Assembly (NCBI GenBank): GCA_951406725.2
Contig: OX597820.1
Span: forward strand, 110,174,001 to 110,238,000
Direction of reading: 5' to 3'
Source of the DNA: Octopus vulgaris
Taxonomy: Eukaryota
Length of the DNA stretch: 64,000 nt
The position numbers were made by a program, and so were the translations under genes. The notes below the pieces were generated by a model. That model saw only the letters and a list, made by a program, of their open reading frames with translations. It was not told the DNA's origin and did not search any database. Below are positions 44,250 to 57,424 of the stretch, piece by piece. Each line of letters begins with the position of its first letter. Position 1 is the stretch's first letter.

Positions 44250-45140
44250 AAGAATTAGGTGGAATGTCTTGTGTCTAAGAAGCCTTTGCTCACTCAAATT
44301 ATTGGGAAGGGGATTATAAAAGGTGTACCAAGCATTGGTTGCTTGATAAGCTGGTCAGTTTACTATCATTGATTACTATTCCATTCAGCAAGCACAACAT
44401 AAGCAAGCAAAGGATACATCTACAGATGCTCTGCTTGAATGTGTAATCCTTGTTGAATGATGAAAACTTCAGATGGCCTGATCACTATACTGTTCTTGTT
44501 GTAGCAGAACTTAACAGCTATCAAACCTGTTAACCTGTTACAAAGATATGTCTGCAATAAGAAAGTGGTTATATTGGTGGGTTTTTTTTTTTTTTTCCAT
44601 AGCACCAGCACTATAAAGCTTGTCTTGTCATCAAGTCTAAAGAGCCATTTCAAGCTCTGTGTTGTTGTTTGAATTAATTACCAATCAACTTACAGATTGT
44701 ACTGTGTGCTTTTTGTAGTAGCAGCACTGTTGGAGATCAGTGTGTAGCTTGCAAAACAAAAAAGAAACTCCACGATGGTTGAAATAGATTTCTTGTGAGA
44801 GAATGTAAATAGACAGAGTAACAGAGCAAACACTATTGGGATAGGATTAATGGAGCAGTGGAGATGGTAACCAGAAGAGTAATGTTAGAGGCTAGTGAGA
44901 AGGAAAAGGGGAGAAACTAAAGTGGTAATGGTAATGGTGTGAGTTAAGTATGTGAACCTAGTGTTGGAGGTGAGTCAGTCTACTTCTCATTCCAGTGTAG
45001 GTTGGATGATTTGTTAGAGTGCAAGACAGGTCTTATTGGAGTTACACTGGCTTATTGTTGAGAGAGAGAGAGTAAGGTCACTGTTTAGGGATGTGGGTTG
45101 TAGGGGGAAAATGAAAAGCAATGTCTGCAGGTTAATGCGC
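44250..45140 (-). mobile_element. Highly decayed LINE RT fragment
   Basis: Minus-strand ADIAF (cf. YADD) and HPTYTGMRSRLTHLQH (cf. P.YLG..LDR.L.F..H). Confidence 0.35.
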
Positions 45141-45328
45141 AAGAGAATGTATAATGTGTTATTTTGAGTATTTTTGGCAAACTATGTTAAATAATAAAAT
45201 TACTGAATATTTGGAAAAGTCTTTAACATTTTAACATTCCAGTTGATTCCAGAAATTACAATTTGTACATACAAAATAAATTACATATGCTTGATGCCAT
45301 GATTTCAAATAATTAATATTATTATTCC

Positions 45329-45373
<45 letters not shown>

Positions 45374-45477
45374 AATGAGAGCTGTTAAAAATAAATAAAT
45401 ATGCAGTATGTTTATGAAAACAACAACAATATGAGTCCACATTATTTTCATGTATTTGGCAAATACTAGCGACAATG

Positions 45478-45514
45478 TCAGACATGTGTTGACATATTCT
45501 GGCCTCATCAGTGA
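45478..45514 (-). ncRNA. Degenerate hammerhead motif (family G)
   Basis: The reverse complement reads TCA-CTGATGA-GGCC-agaata-TGTC-AACA-CATG-TC-TGA. The GAAA box and stem II are mutated. Confidence 0.45.
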
Positions 45515-47259
45515 AGGATAACCTTCATCATAATGAGTTCTTGTCTTCCACCTTTAATTGAAATTGAAAATAAAATTAGTTATTCACTACTATTGATTAA
45601 TATGCTCACTATGTTATTTCTATAGAAATAATGCACCATGTATGAAATACAGGAGCTTTCAAAAGTCCCTTTATCATTAATATAAATTGGTTAACAACCA
45701 AAGTTAGAGGAAGTCAGGTTCTTAATATGTTTCTTTTTTCTCTCTCTTTCTCTCCCCCTCTCTCTCTCACATCCCTACCTCCTTACCCCAGCGTACTCAC
45801 CTCCCTACTACATTCAGTAACCTGAGGTAATTGAATTAGGTATTGTTGGACATTTGAACAGGATTACCATTATATTGTGTCACTGTTTTGAACAATGAAT
45901 ATCTCTCGTGTTTTCGTAACAATATTTTTCTAAATTGTATATATCAAAAGACATTCACAGCAAAATATCAAAAACAGTATTAAAAATGTATATAAAAACA
46001 TTGTAACTAAATAAAATATAAATATTCATACATCATTTAAATGCTAAAGGAACTTGTGAATCATCTGGTGTCTATTAACACTAATTTGTCTTCCATGTAG
46101 TATTTCACTCAGAGGTAAATTCTAAGTAAATAATATATCCACTCTTTGCATTTTGTTGTGCCTTCTGGGTCAAATGTTATTTTATATTGCCTCAATTCTG
46201 TTAGCTGTGTGGAATGGTACCAAAAACTTATTCAAAAAAGAGTACTGTCATAAAGCTGTAATAATCCAAGAGACCTCACAGACACTTTTTGAGATTTAGC
46301 AAATCTTCACTTTATTTTAGTTTTTGTTATAGTAATTTAGTATGATTTAATAGTTAGATTAAACTCTTTTCTGGGGTTTTAATCTAGTCAAGAAGGAGAT
46401 AGGTACAGACAGGCTGAAGAACTCTTAAGAAAATATTTAGATTTATGTATTTGCATGAACCAATGGGAAAAAAATGTCAAAAAACCAAATCTTGAACCAA
46501 GTTTTGAACCAAACTTCAAGGGGATATTGATGATGTATATCTTGTGCTTACCATTTTCTTGAGAGTTTATTTCTGAAATAAATGTCATTGAATTGGTATT
46601 TTAGTGCAACTGACAAGCTTCTAAAGACACCTTTTAATGCTAAATGATATGTAGCAAAAAGTAATGAGATTGATAAGTTGTATCTATATTTAAGATACAA
46701 GTGAAATCAAAGATGGCATATATCTAACAGGAATCTATTTGCACTATGTATCTTTTTATTTTTTATTTGTTTCATTGCTTGTGTCATGCCAGACACTGCA
46801 TCAAAGGGTTTATTTTATATAAAGTGATCCAACTACTTATTTTTTTAAAAGTCTTGTACTTACTCTCTCACTCGTTTTTTTCCAAACTGCTTGTATGTAT
46901 TTATTTTCCTTACTGTTGCTTAGCAGGTGCTGCATGAGAGAGAGTATATGCATTCAAAGGCTGTCTGCCCTGATCTCATATGTATGAGTGTATGTCTGTA
47001 TGCACATCTTAGCTGCATGCTCGTTACACAAGAAAAGCCATTGCCAAAAAGACTTACTGAAATGATTCATTATTGATACCCTTATATGACTTTTAAGCCC
47101 AGTCAAAGTTTTATTTCATACTGCACAACTGTGCTGGCTGGCAGGAGAAACAGGTGTCATTGTGTGTATTCTCTTAACATATCTTTTCAGACCTCCAACT
47201 GAGAGGCACACCTTCCACATTTGATAAAAAAGAATGTTGTATATAAAATATAACCCCCA

Positions 47260-47670
47260 CCCCTTGTTATTGAATACATGCAAAAATATCTACACAAAGA
47301 AAATTGGTAGAACATTCCATCAAAACTTCTTTCAGGCCAGATTTTGTTGTTAGGGACAAGACAAGAAAAAGTATGAACTGTTACAGAGGTCAACTGCCCT
47401 GATGATGTGAATATCAATTTGAAAATCAAAGAGCAAGAAGATAACTATGAAGAATTGCTTCCAAAAATCCAGCTGCTATACTCAGATTATAAATTCATAT
47501 TTATGCCTATAATAATTAGTGCACTTAGTTTTGTGAGTAAATTACCTAAGTGACATTCTGAATAATCTAGGATCTTCAGAAAAAGAAACCAACCAGCTAA
47601 TCCGTACATTATAATTACAATCTGTAAGTGGAACAGTAAAAATATGCAAGACTTTTCTCAAATTTGAAAT
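47260..47670 (+). mobile_element. R4-clade-like RLE endonuclease 3' fragment
   Basis: RPDFVVRDK...EVNCPDDVNINLKIKEQEDNYEEL...FMPIIISAL. Confidence 0.75.
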
Positions 47671-48360
47671 GGGAATTTGTTTTTGTTATCAACATTCCAA
47701 TGATGGAGCTTTGTATGTTTGTTGGAAATTGGGAAGATTTCAAATAACTAAAAATAAAAACGAACATACATGCATACACACTCACACACATATACATATA
47801 TAAGGTGGACTTCTACATAGTTTCTGGTGGCTAAATTCAACACACAAGGCATTGAATGGGGTGTAGATACCATGAAGTATGAGTGCTATTTTTGGTAGAT
47901 ATGGTGACAATCCTGGCATGTTACAAATGTCTGAGACCAAAACATAATTCAAATTAATTAAAAAAATTTTGGAACTCATTACAGTAAATGATAGCCCTCA
48001 CTTAACTAAGTGTTTTTCATGTGGAAGGTTTCCCTGGAAAAATTTTACCAGCCCATTGTTTTAAATTACCAACTCAAAAGCTATATATTTTGACATTCAT
48101 TCTATGATCTGGCTCAGTAAGGAAGTCTTACCAAATAGCATGCTTTTTTTCATCTTTTAATTTGGATTTTAGAATTGTCCCCCTTGACTTCCTTCACAAG
48201 AATTAATCATTAAAGCTAATAATTTTTCTCTTTATTAAGGATGTTTTTCTAATTAATTAGACTTTTGTTTTATCATATCAAATATGCTAGACCTCCCCTC
48301 CCCCCACCGAAGTTATTGTAATCAATTTAATCTTTCTTTTTCCTTTATCTTAACCTGCAG

Positions 48361-48443
48361 ATTATATATCTGAAGATGACACCAGAAGAAGCATATAAAC
48401 CTTTAGTTAGCAACAGTTCAAATCCCACATTTATTCCATTCAG
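48361..48443 (+). CDS. CDC14: CDC14 coding exon (IIYLKMTPEEAYKPLVSNSSNPTFIPF-R)
   Basis: Polypyrimidine tract plus ctgcag acceptor, AG|gtaagt donor; 83 bp, phase 0-2. Matches CDC14 IYL..TPEEAY..L......PFR. Confidence 0.95.
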
Positions 48444-50435
48444 GTAAGTCCGTATGAAAATCTGGAATAGATCATTATCATTATCATCAGTGTCATCACC
48501 ATTGTCATCATCATAACTATCTTCATCAATGTCGTTATCATCAGTGTAATTGATCATCATCCTCATCATCATCACCACTGCCACTACCAAAATTTGCATC
48601 ATTATTAAGCTGGTGTTTTGAATATGAATTATTGCAAATGTAGTGGTGGTCTCAGACAGGTTAGTATCATAAGGGTTGATGATTATATAGTGCTGTCAAA
48701 TTGTTTGTGAAACAAAAATATGTTGTTATTCTTGTGTTGGTAAATTCTGTTCTATTGTGTTAAGAAAAAAGTATATCATATTGGACAATGTAGTTCAGAT
48801 ATAAAAAAAATGGGGTGGTTATGGCTGGAATGCCTTTGAGCTTAGATCTGCTCAATCAGAGCTGACCCAAGACTGAACAACAACAGCAAAGCCTAAGAGA
48901 CCTAACAAACAACTGATTTTAACAGTAGAGCTCAAGTAGAGCATCAGTGATATCTAATCATTATCATCATTTCCCCCTCTTCCTTGAACTGGCAAAATAG
49001 AGTAATACTTCTCAGTATTTTTCCATCATGTTTCTGAGTTCTAATCCTGCCAAAACCAATTTTGCCTTTCATCTTTTCAGGGTTGATAAAATGTAAAGTA
49101 GCAATGAAATACTGGGGATGAGAGTATCAATTAACTCATCCCCCTCATAATTGTTGGCCTTGTGCCTAGATCAACTTTGCCTTTCTTCCTTTCAAGGTTG
49201 ATAAAATAAAGTACAAGTCAACTACTGGGGTCAATGGTACCAACTAACCCATTCTTCTTAAAACTGCTGGCCTTGTGCCAAAATTAGATAGAATTATTAT
49301 TATTATTACTCTAATTAGGATTGACAGAATATTTCAGTGTTGGACAAAATGCATTATGGCATTTCTTTTGGCTCTTTATGTTCTGAGTTGAAATCACTGA
49401 GGTCAATTTTGCCTTTCTTCCTTCTTGGTTCAGTAAAATAAAGTAGCAGTTAAGTACTGGAGGCTATGGCTCCAGTACTTAACTGGTGATAGTGGTAGTA
49501 TTGGATCAGCTGAAGTTAAGGGTAGTGGATTGGTTGAATCACCAGGCATCAGAATAAATACCTTGTGCATTCGTTCAGTTTCAAATCCTACCAAGATTAA
49601 CTTTGGAGTTTATCTTGAAAGAGTTAATAAAATGAAGAGTAGCTCAAATACTGAAGCTAAATGGTATCAACTAACACCGTCCATCCCTAATGTCAGGCCT
49701 TTTGTTTATGCTTAAAACACTTATTGTTGATAGTAGATCATTGATCAAAATCTCATGTGGTATTCACCTGTATATTAGTCACTGATAAAATATATGACAG
49801 TAATAATGTATAGTCACTGATAATATATGTAGTAGTGACTATAGCAGTGTAACTTATAATTGCTAATAATACAGTTAGTGTGGTCCCGACCAGCAATTGC
49901 TGTCCAATGCCTTTACTATGTCTCAAAGTTTATAAAGAAACAAAAAAAAAAAGACTTTTCTCTGAGAAGAAAATCTGAAATTTTTGTGCAAATTGAAAGA
50001 TTTCTTGTTTAGTAAAAACATTTATTTTCTGTTTATTTCTCTGTATTTTAGCAAATGAAGGTGTGGTTGTTGTATGAAATGTGGTTTAAGGTCTGATAAC
50101 GTAATGTATTCTGTTAAATGAAGTCAGGATAGATATAAATAAACAAATGTAAAGGCAACTTAGAATTGATTGCACTGAAACATTCATTACCATCGCTAAA
50201 ATTAGCAAACTGGTAGAACATTAATAATTGTCAATATATTGTATAGATTCAAATGGAAGCCTGCATGTGCAACCTTTTTAGCATTCACAGACTTTTTGCT
50301 CAAATCCTGCATTTAACCTGCATGCCACTCAAACTGTTGTACACCCAGACTATTGGACACTAGAACTTTTCTCTACATGCACATATTTTCTTGCATTTCA
50401 ATTATAAAATTTTATCATTTCAAAATCAGGGCACT

Positions 50436-53400
50436 CTTGCCAGCCAAGTTTGTACTCCTATGGTTTCAACATTTTGTACTGTTTACTACGCTTTCTGCTT
50501 TGCATGCGTTCTACTTGTTTATAAGTAGCACACTCAATTCTGCAAATACTCAATTCCACAAAGACAACTAAATTCAGAGGCGTATGTTTTTGAATGTTCT
50601 ATATTTTTATAATATTTTTTCTTGTTGGCCGCTAGCATTATGCATTTCATGCACACGCATTGTTCACCTGTTTTTATTGCAAAGGTTCTGCTTTTGAATC
50701 TCTGCAATTTCTTCACACACACCCAGTTTATACACATTCACCAACAACAAAATACTTTTCACTTTGTTTGTCTGAAAATGCATATTTGTATGCATGCATA
50801 CAGTTTTTCCTAGATCGTTTGTTTCTTTTTTTAGAAACTCTCTAGCAGGGGAGTAGTGTAGGACCTCATTTGGCCCTGCCTGCTTGAGATTTGAGACCGA
50901 ATCTAGAAATTCTACCTAGCCATATGGGCTATTGTCCTGTCAAAAGGGAATGCTGACTATGCATTTTCCATTTGTCCCAGGAGCTTGGTATACCATTGAA
51001 AATTTAGATAAACAAAGTTTGGGTGACATTAATTTAGCCATTGTTATAACGGTATATCCATCTTCCTAGCTAGTCTACACAATTATAAATACCAGCATTT
51101 TGTAAGGAAAAGGTAGTGAGTGAGACTGACTGACAGAGGGCAGGCTGACTGGCACAAACGAAATACCATCTCAACAGAACATCATAGAGGAACAGCTATG
51201 GAATCCACCAGCGATACGGTTGTCTTGTCCACCACTCTCTTACCTTTGTTACTCATTTTTGACAACATCACTTGATCTATTTAGTTATGGCTGCTAGAGT
51301 GACGGAATAAGTAAGTCCAACATTATCTATCCTTTTACAAGAAACTATAACTTTCAATACATAGAATACATTTTCATACATTCCTGCCAGCCAAACTTCA
51401 TACATTCTTGCCAGCCAAATTTCATACATTCCTGCCAGCCAAATTTTATACATTCCTGCTAGCCAAATTTCATACATTCCTGCCATCCAAATTTTATACA
51501 TTCCTGCCAGCCAAATTTTATACGTTCCTGCTAGCCAAATTTCATACATTCCTGCCAGCCAAATTTTATACATTCCTGCCAGCCAAATTTTATACATTCC
51601 TGCTAGCCAAATTTCATACATTCCTGCCATCCAAATTTTATACATTCCTGCCAGCCAAATTTTATACATTCCTGCCATCCAAATTTTATACATTCCTGCC
51701 AGCCAAATTTTATACATTCCTGCCAGCCAAATTTTATACATTCCTGCCAGCCAAATTTCATACATTCCTGCCAGCTAAATTTTATACATTCCTGCCAGCT
51801 AAATTTTATACATTCCTGCCAGCTAAATTTCATACATTCTTGCCAGCCAAATTTTATACATTCCTGCCAGCCAAATTTTATACATTCCTGCCAGCCAAAT
51901 TTCATACATTCCTGCCAGCTAAATTTTATACATTCCTGCCAGCCAAATTTTATACATTCCTGCCAGCCAAATTTCATACATTCCTGCCAGCTAAATTTTA
52001 TACATTCCTGCCAGCCAAATTTTATACATTCCTGCCAGCCAAATTTTATACATTCCTGCCAGCCAAATTTTATACATTCCTGGCAGCCAAATTTTATACA
52101 TTCCTGCCAGCCAAATTTTATACATTCCTGCCATCCAAATTTTATACATTCATGCCAGCCAAATTTTATACATTCCTGCCATCCAAATTTTATACATTCC
52201 TGCCAGCCAAATTTCATACATTCCTGCCAGCTAAATTTTATACATTCATGCCATCCAAATTTTATACATTCCTGCCAGCCAAATTTCATACATTCCTACC
52301 AGCCAAATTTCATACATTCCTACCAGCTAAATCTTATACATTCCTGCCAGCCAAATTTTATACATTCCTGCCAGCCAAATTTTATACATTCCTGCCAGCT
52401 AAATTTTATACATTCCTGCCAGCCAAATTTTATACATTCCTGCCAGCCAAATTTCATACATTCCTGCCAGCCAAATTTTATACATTCCTGCCAGCCAAAT
52501 TTTATACATTCCTGCCAGCCAAATTTCATACATTCCTGCCAGCTAAATTTCATACATTCCTGCCAGCCAAATTTGTACTCCTTTTGTTTAAACATTTTGT
52601 ACTGTTTGCTATTGTTTCTGCTTTGCATGCATTTTATTTGTTTATAAGTAGCACATTCAATTCCCTGAACACTCAATTCCATCAAGACAACTAAATTCAT
52701 ATGCATATGTTTTTGAATGTTTTATATTTTTTCTCATTGGCCACTGGCAATACACATTTCATGCACACGCATTGTTCACATGTTTTTATTGCATGGTTTC
52801 TGCTACTGGTTTTCCTTTTGAATGTCTGCAATCCCTTTCACCAACAATGAAATACCTTTTACTTTGCTTGTTCTAAAATGCATATTTGTATGCATGCATT
52901 CTTTCCTAGATTGTTTCTTTTTTTTTTCGAAACTCTCTAGTGAAGGACCTTGTTTAGCCCTGCCTGTTTGAGATTTGAAAGCAAATCTGGAAATTCTCCC
53001 TTGCCATACAACCTATTGTCCTGTCAAAAAAGAAGGATGAGCTATGTGTTCTCCACTTGACACTTGACCTGTGCTGGTCAAGGAAAGGTCAGCCCTTTGT
53101 TTAGAATTTGACCTACATTAATTTAGCTATAGTTATATTGGTACACCCATTTACCTAGCTAGTCTACATAATTATAAATATGAGCATTCTGTAAGGAAAA
53201 GGCCATGAGTGAGAATGACAGACAGAGAGATCCTGACCATCAACAGACAGAGGTACCATCATAGACAGACAGCTATGGAATTCACCAATGATACAACTGT
53301 CTCGTCTGCCACACACTCTCATACTCCCTCACTTTTCAGTTCAACAACATCACTTGATCTGTTTAGTTACTTCTACTAGAATGACAATGACTAGTTCAAT

Positions 53401-53475
53401 GCTATCTACCCTTTTACAAGAAAATATAACTCTCACTACCTTGTATGCTTTCCGACTTTTTATACATGCCAGCTT
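50436..53475. repeat. Diverged ~0.93-kb tandem duplication (50436-51395 / 52560-53475)
   Basis: Colinear similarity from gccagccaa-tttgtactcc through ctatctacccttttacaagaaa. Confidence 0.9.
51371..52574. repeat. 24-bp minisatellite, ~50 copies (ttt[t/c]atacattcctgccagccaaa)
   Basis: Seen directly; units are highly homogeneous. Confidence 0.97.
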
Positions 53476-53569
53476 GTCATGGTTTGGCTTTAATTGTATG
53501 TAATGGTGGAAATGAATATGTTATCTACAACTTCGGCCACTGTCCTGCTTTGTTGGAGTCAGCATCAGC

Positions 53570-54380
53570 ATCTTTATCTTCACCTTTAACATAACACTAC
53601 CATTACACACACTTATGAGCACAAATTCCAAATTTCTGGTGATACTAACAATATTGCCATGTACTTCTACTGGAGGAACGATTATGAGAAGACAAATGAC
53701 TTTGTTACCTTGAGCGAGGAGGAAATGCAAGAGATAGCAAACAAGAGACTTGTTCAGTTAAATTATGAATCTTGTTATTGAATTCCTCCTGGAAAACAGA
53801 TAGTTCCATCAATAATGATGAAATAACAGGGGATTTTCAGAAGCTTGTAAAACTGGAGAAGAAATGTTCATGATTCCATCAGCCAATTGTTGGGTGGAGC
53901 TATGCCCCTTGACAGTGATCAGAATTGCTTGTACATTCTTGGGGAGCCTAGGGAAAAATAGTTGTTTCATCATATTTTCATGAATAGGATTGCTTCCAGC
54001 TAAATCTCTCATCTTTTAAAGCAACTGAGAAGCATGCTTATCACCTAGAGTGTCATTATACATTAATTGGTGGTATTGTTTCTCTTTTGAAGATGTACAC
54101 CATAAAATGTGTGCTTTCAAAGACAAATATAATGGATTATCTACAGTATTGGTAATAAGATTTTTGCTTCACTACTTATAACTGGAAGCAAAACACTGAC
54201 CAATAAATGTGATTGCCTGACATCTGAAGTTATATTATTGGTGGCGAAATTTGCTTCTAATTGTAAGAACCATATGTCTACATCACCATTAAATTGTGGA
54301 GAAATGAATGATATGGAAGCTTGAATTGGTAATGTATTAGGACTTTCAACTGCAATTGGAGATACTGGAGAATATGCCAT
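53570..54380 (-). pseudogene. Gypsy-type gag pseudogene
   Basis: PQFNGDVDIWFLQLEANFATNNITSD, LGDKHASQLL*KMRDLAG, LFFPRLPKNVQAIL and the zinc knuckle C*YHQKFGICAHKC. Confidence 0.85.
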
Positions 54381-54949
54381 GATATGTAAGTCATCAAAAA
54401 ACGAATTGTACCAAAAAGAAAATTCAGCAAATACAAGTGGCTGATCTGACTGCTATTTTCAGCACACGATGTAAACGACATTATCAAAAACACTGGAGGA
54501 GCAGTAAGGAGTAAAAGATATGTGCAAATTTTGTCTTGCAGTTGTGGCTTGGAAAGTGTAAAAATTCCTAAAACAGGTTTGAGAAAAAGTTTTCTGACTG
54601 GAAAAAATTTTTACAGTATGCCAGATAATGATATTATAACATCTTGGTTCCCAAACTGGTGTCTGCAAAGCAATTTCAGGGGGCTTGTGAAAGGGTCACC
54701 AATTTTTAGATTTATAATGTTCAAAACCCTAGATTTTCTGGTTTTAGCTAAAACTGGAACCATTGAACATGCACGCATTACACAGAACCCCTAATTTACA
54801 TGTTAAAAAACAACCTTACAGATAGAATGCATTTGATGCAACATGTACAGGGCATACATGCACGTACATGAATGCAGGTGTCTCTCTCTGGCTTTATTAA
54901 TCGGTGCGGGGGTATGGGTGCAACAAGTCTAAACAGGATTGAAAATTGG

Positions 54950-55631
54950 CGGCGTAACAGCCCAGAATATTCCCCTACCCAGACTATACTTGGGGCTAGT
55001 CTGGGTTAGCCCAGACTATACCCCCTCCAGACAAGCAGGCCAGAATATACCCCTGTCCAGACTATGCCCCATGCTTGCAGACAAATAACATAGATGTACC
55101 ACACTTATAAAAGTTGCCTCAGGACATATAAAATTTGATATTACTTGATGAAGAATTAAACGTTATATGTAAATTTCGATTTAAACGTAGCAATTTAGAA
55201 TTGTCAAATGCAGAATACTTTAAAATGTACCAATATAAATCCAACACAAATGGCCACATTTGCACGAATCTGAGCTATGACTCACCAATACAGGTGCACT
55301 GTGCAACATGCACTAATCGTCAATTTTTTCCAATCTACCTATACATTGGGTTTATATTGGTACATTGAATATTTGCATTTGATAATTCTAAATTTTTATG
55401 TTTAAATCGAAATTTACATGTAACTTTTAATTCTTCATTAATTGATATCAAATTTTGTATATGTTCTGAGGCAACTTTTGTAAGTGAGGTACATCTGTGT
55501 TATTTGTCCACAAGCATGTCTGGACAGGGGTATATTTTGGGCTGGCTGTCTGGTGGGGGTATAGTCTGGACTAGCCTAGACTGGCCCCTAGTATAGTCTG
55601 GACAGGGGTATATTCTGGGCTGTAACAGTGG
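54950..55631. mobile_element. Foldback/MITE-like DNA element with ~285-bp TIRs
   Basis: gtaacagcccagaatattcccct...aatataaatccaa and ttgggtttatattgg...aggggtatattctgggctgtaac. Subterminal ccagactata repeats; ~100-bp spacer. Confidence 0.85.
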
Positions 55632-56051
55632 TTATAACAATGGCTCATTGATGACATAGTCTTTAAGAGTGGTTTATGAAGAGGTTGCGATTTGTTTTCA
55701 CCATCACACATTTATAAACACCTATATTTTCAACATATTTATCATCGTGAATTCATTCTTAATTTTACATTTTATGTTTGTATTAAGCATCAGTAAATAG
55801 GGACCTAATAAGCCAATAAAAGGCAAGCCAGTAGCACTGTCAGAATGGAAACATTTGTTCTACATAAAATACCTAGCGACTTTTAGTTGAACTTTTTTAA
55901 AGTAGCTACAATGGTAAGAAACTTAACTTGAGTCCAATTGAGTGACTAAAATGAGGATATTGAAGTAAAACAAAATTAATCAATTTCAAAGTAACTTCTG
56001 CATGAATAAGACTTGTCTTGTTTTGAAAAATATCTTGTATATATATATATA

Positions 56052-56130
56052 CATGGGTTGGACAAAATAATGGAAACACCTAGCATCATAGCATGAAAAT
56101 TTTTAGATATCTATAAAACCATCAAAAGCT
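56052..56130 (+). mobile_element. Tc1-like TIR remnant
   Basis: TA|catgggttggacaaaataatggaaacacct directly after a TA run. Confidence 0.4.
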
Positions 56131-56336
56131 TATTCTGAGTTCAAATTCTGCCAAGGGGTTGATTAAATAAGTACCAGTTATGCACTGGGGTCGATGTAAT
56201 TAACTAGACCCCTCCCCCAAAATTTCTAACCTTGTGCCTATAGTTGAACGGATTACTTTGGTAGGTGACAAATATTTTTCTTCTGCAAAATGTTGGTTGC
56301 CTATATTTCTTCAAAAAATTCTATGGCTTCATTGAT

Positions 56337-56354
56337 CTTATGTCGAGATCACCA
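56337..56354 (-). promoter_or_regulatory. Primer-binding site, tRNA-Trp-like
   Basis: + strand cttatgtcgagatcacca compared with the eukaryotic tRNA-Trp 3' end atcacgtcggggtcacca. Four of the five mismatches are transitions. Confidence 0.6.
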
Positions 56355-56971
56355 ATTTTTAGCGAATGGTGTGGTTGTTGTATGAAATGCAGTTTTAGGT
56401 CTTCTGTTAAATGAAGTCAGGATAGATATAAATAAACAAATGCAAATGCAACTTACAATTGACCACACTGAAACATTTATTATCATTGCTAAAATTAGAT
56501 ACAGCAAACTGGTAGAACATTAATAATTGTTAATACATTGTTTAGATTCAAATGCTCATAAAAATGAAGAGAAAAGGTTAGAAAAACCTGAAGCATCAGA
56601 TCAAAAGTTCTAGTTAGAATTATGTTCAAATGTTGGAAAGGCATGAAACATAGCATCAAGGATTCCAGTTAGAATTCTGTTTGAGCTGAAGCTGCAAAGT
56701 GGAATCAAACTGCTCTCACATCAAAGATCCCAAACCATTCAGCAAAAACTCACCTCCCTCTGGAATTAATGGGCAACATTCTCTCATTTTATAGCTGATG
56801 TACAGATGCTAGGTTAGTCCATCACGTCGAGGGGTGGACAGTCCAAGCAAAGCTAAATGGACCTGACCATCATGTGGTGAACCAAAATGGGTAGCTAAAA
56901 GTAACAAGCCACTATGTAGGTAGCTAAAGTTCAAGAGTGATCTTGCTACTGCTACAGTATATTTCCATGTG

Positions 56972-57207
56972 ATAGGGTGGTGAGCTGGCAGAAACGTTAG
57001 CATGCTGGGCGAAATGTGTAGCCATATTTCGTCTGCTGTTACCTTCTGAGTTCAGATTCCGCTGAGGTCGACTTTGCCTTTCATCCTTTTGGGGTCGATA
57101 AATAAAGTACCAGTTACACACTGGGGTCGATGTAATCGACTTAATCCGTTTGTCTGTCCTTGTTTGTCCTCTCTGTGTTTAGCCCCTTGTGGGTAGTAAA
57201 AAAATAT
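56972..57207 (+). mobile_element. tRNA-type SINE (second family) with a 15-bp TSD
   Basis: A/B-box-like head and core gcctttcatccttttggggtcgataaataaagtaccag. TSD gtatatt[t/g]ccatgtg at 56957-56971 and 57208-57222. Older copies lie at ~48990-49750, 56133-56250 and 60670-60870. Confidence 0.85.
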
Positions 57208-57357
57208 GTATATTGCCATGTGTTTTAATTATAATTCAATTATTGTATTGGACATTTTAATGATATAACAATCATTATTTTGTTTTCCTTGATTAAAAGA
57301 TTTATGTCTTATTTTGTTTATTTTTTTTCATTTCTTTCTGTCATCATTTTCTTTTAG

Positions 57358-57424
57358 AGATGCTTCCTTTGGATCAAACAGTTTTGATCTCCATTTACTT
57401 GACTGTCTTCAGGCTGTTAGTAAG
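57358..57424 (+). CDS. CDC14: CDC14 coding exon (R-DASFGSNSFDLHLLDCLQAVSK)
   Basis: cttttag acceptor, AAG|gtattg donor; 67 bp, phase 2-0. Completes the split Arg codon to give the conserved PFRDASFG...LDCL motif. Confidence 0.95.

Larger units (their letters stand above)
50046..56555 (-). mobile_element. Decayed non-autonomous Gypsy-like LTR retroelement
   Basis: ~200-bp direct repeats at ~50046-50255 and ~56355-56554, a PBS-like sequence abutting the second repeat, and an internal gag on the minus strand. No pol was recognised. LTR ends are imprecise. Confidence 0.6.

Noticed and set aside
51371-52574. CRISPR-like array
   Set aside because: The repeats are contiguous with no unique spacers, the context is eukaryotic, and there are no cas genes.
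51277-52706. 428-aa, 228-aa and other octapeptide-repeat ORFs (PAKFYTFL / KFGWQECI)
   Set aside because: A by-product of a 24-bp stop-free minisatellite that is open in several frames on both strands. It lies within an intron and a decayed LTR element.
56972-57070. tRNA gene
   Set aside because: The A/B-box-like head continues into a SINE core with a TSD, and there is no complete cloverleaf.
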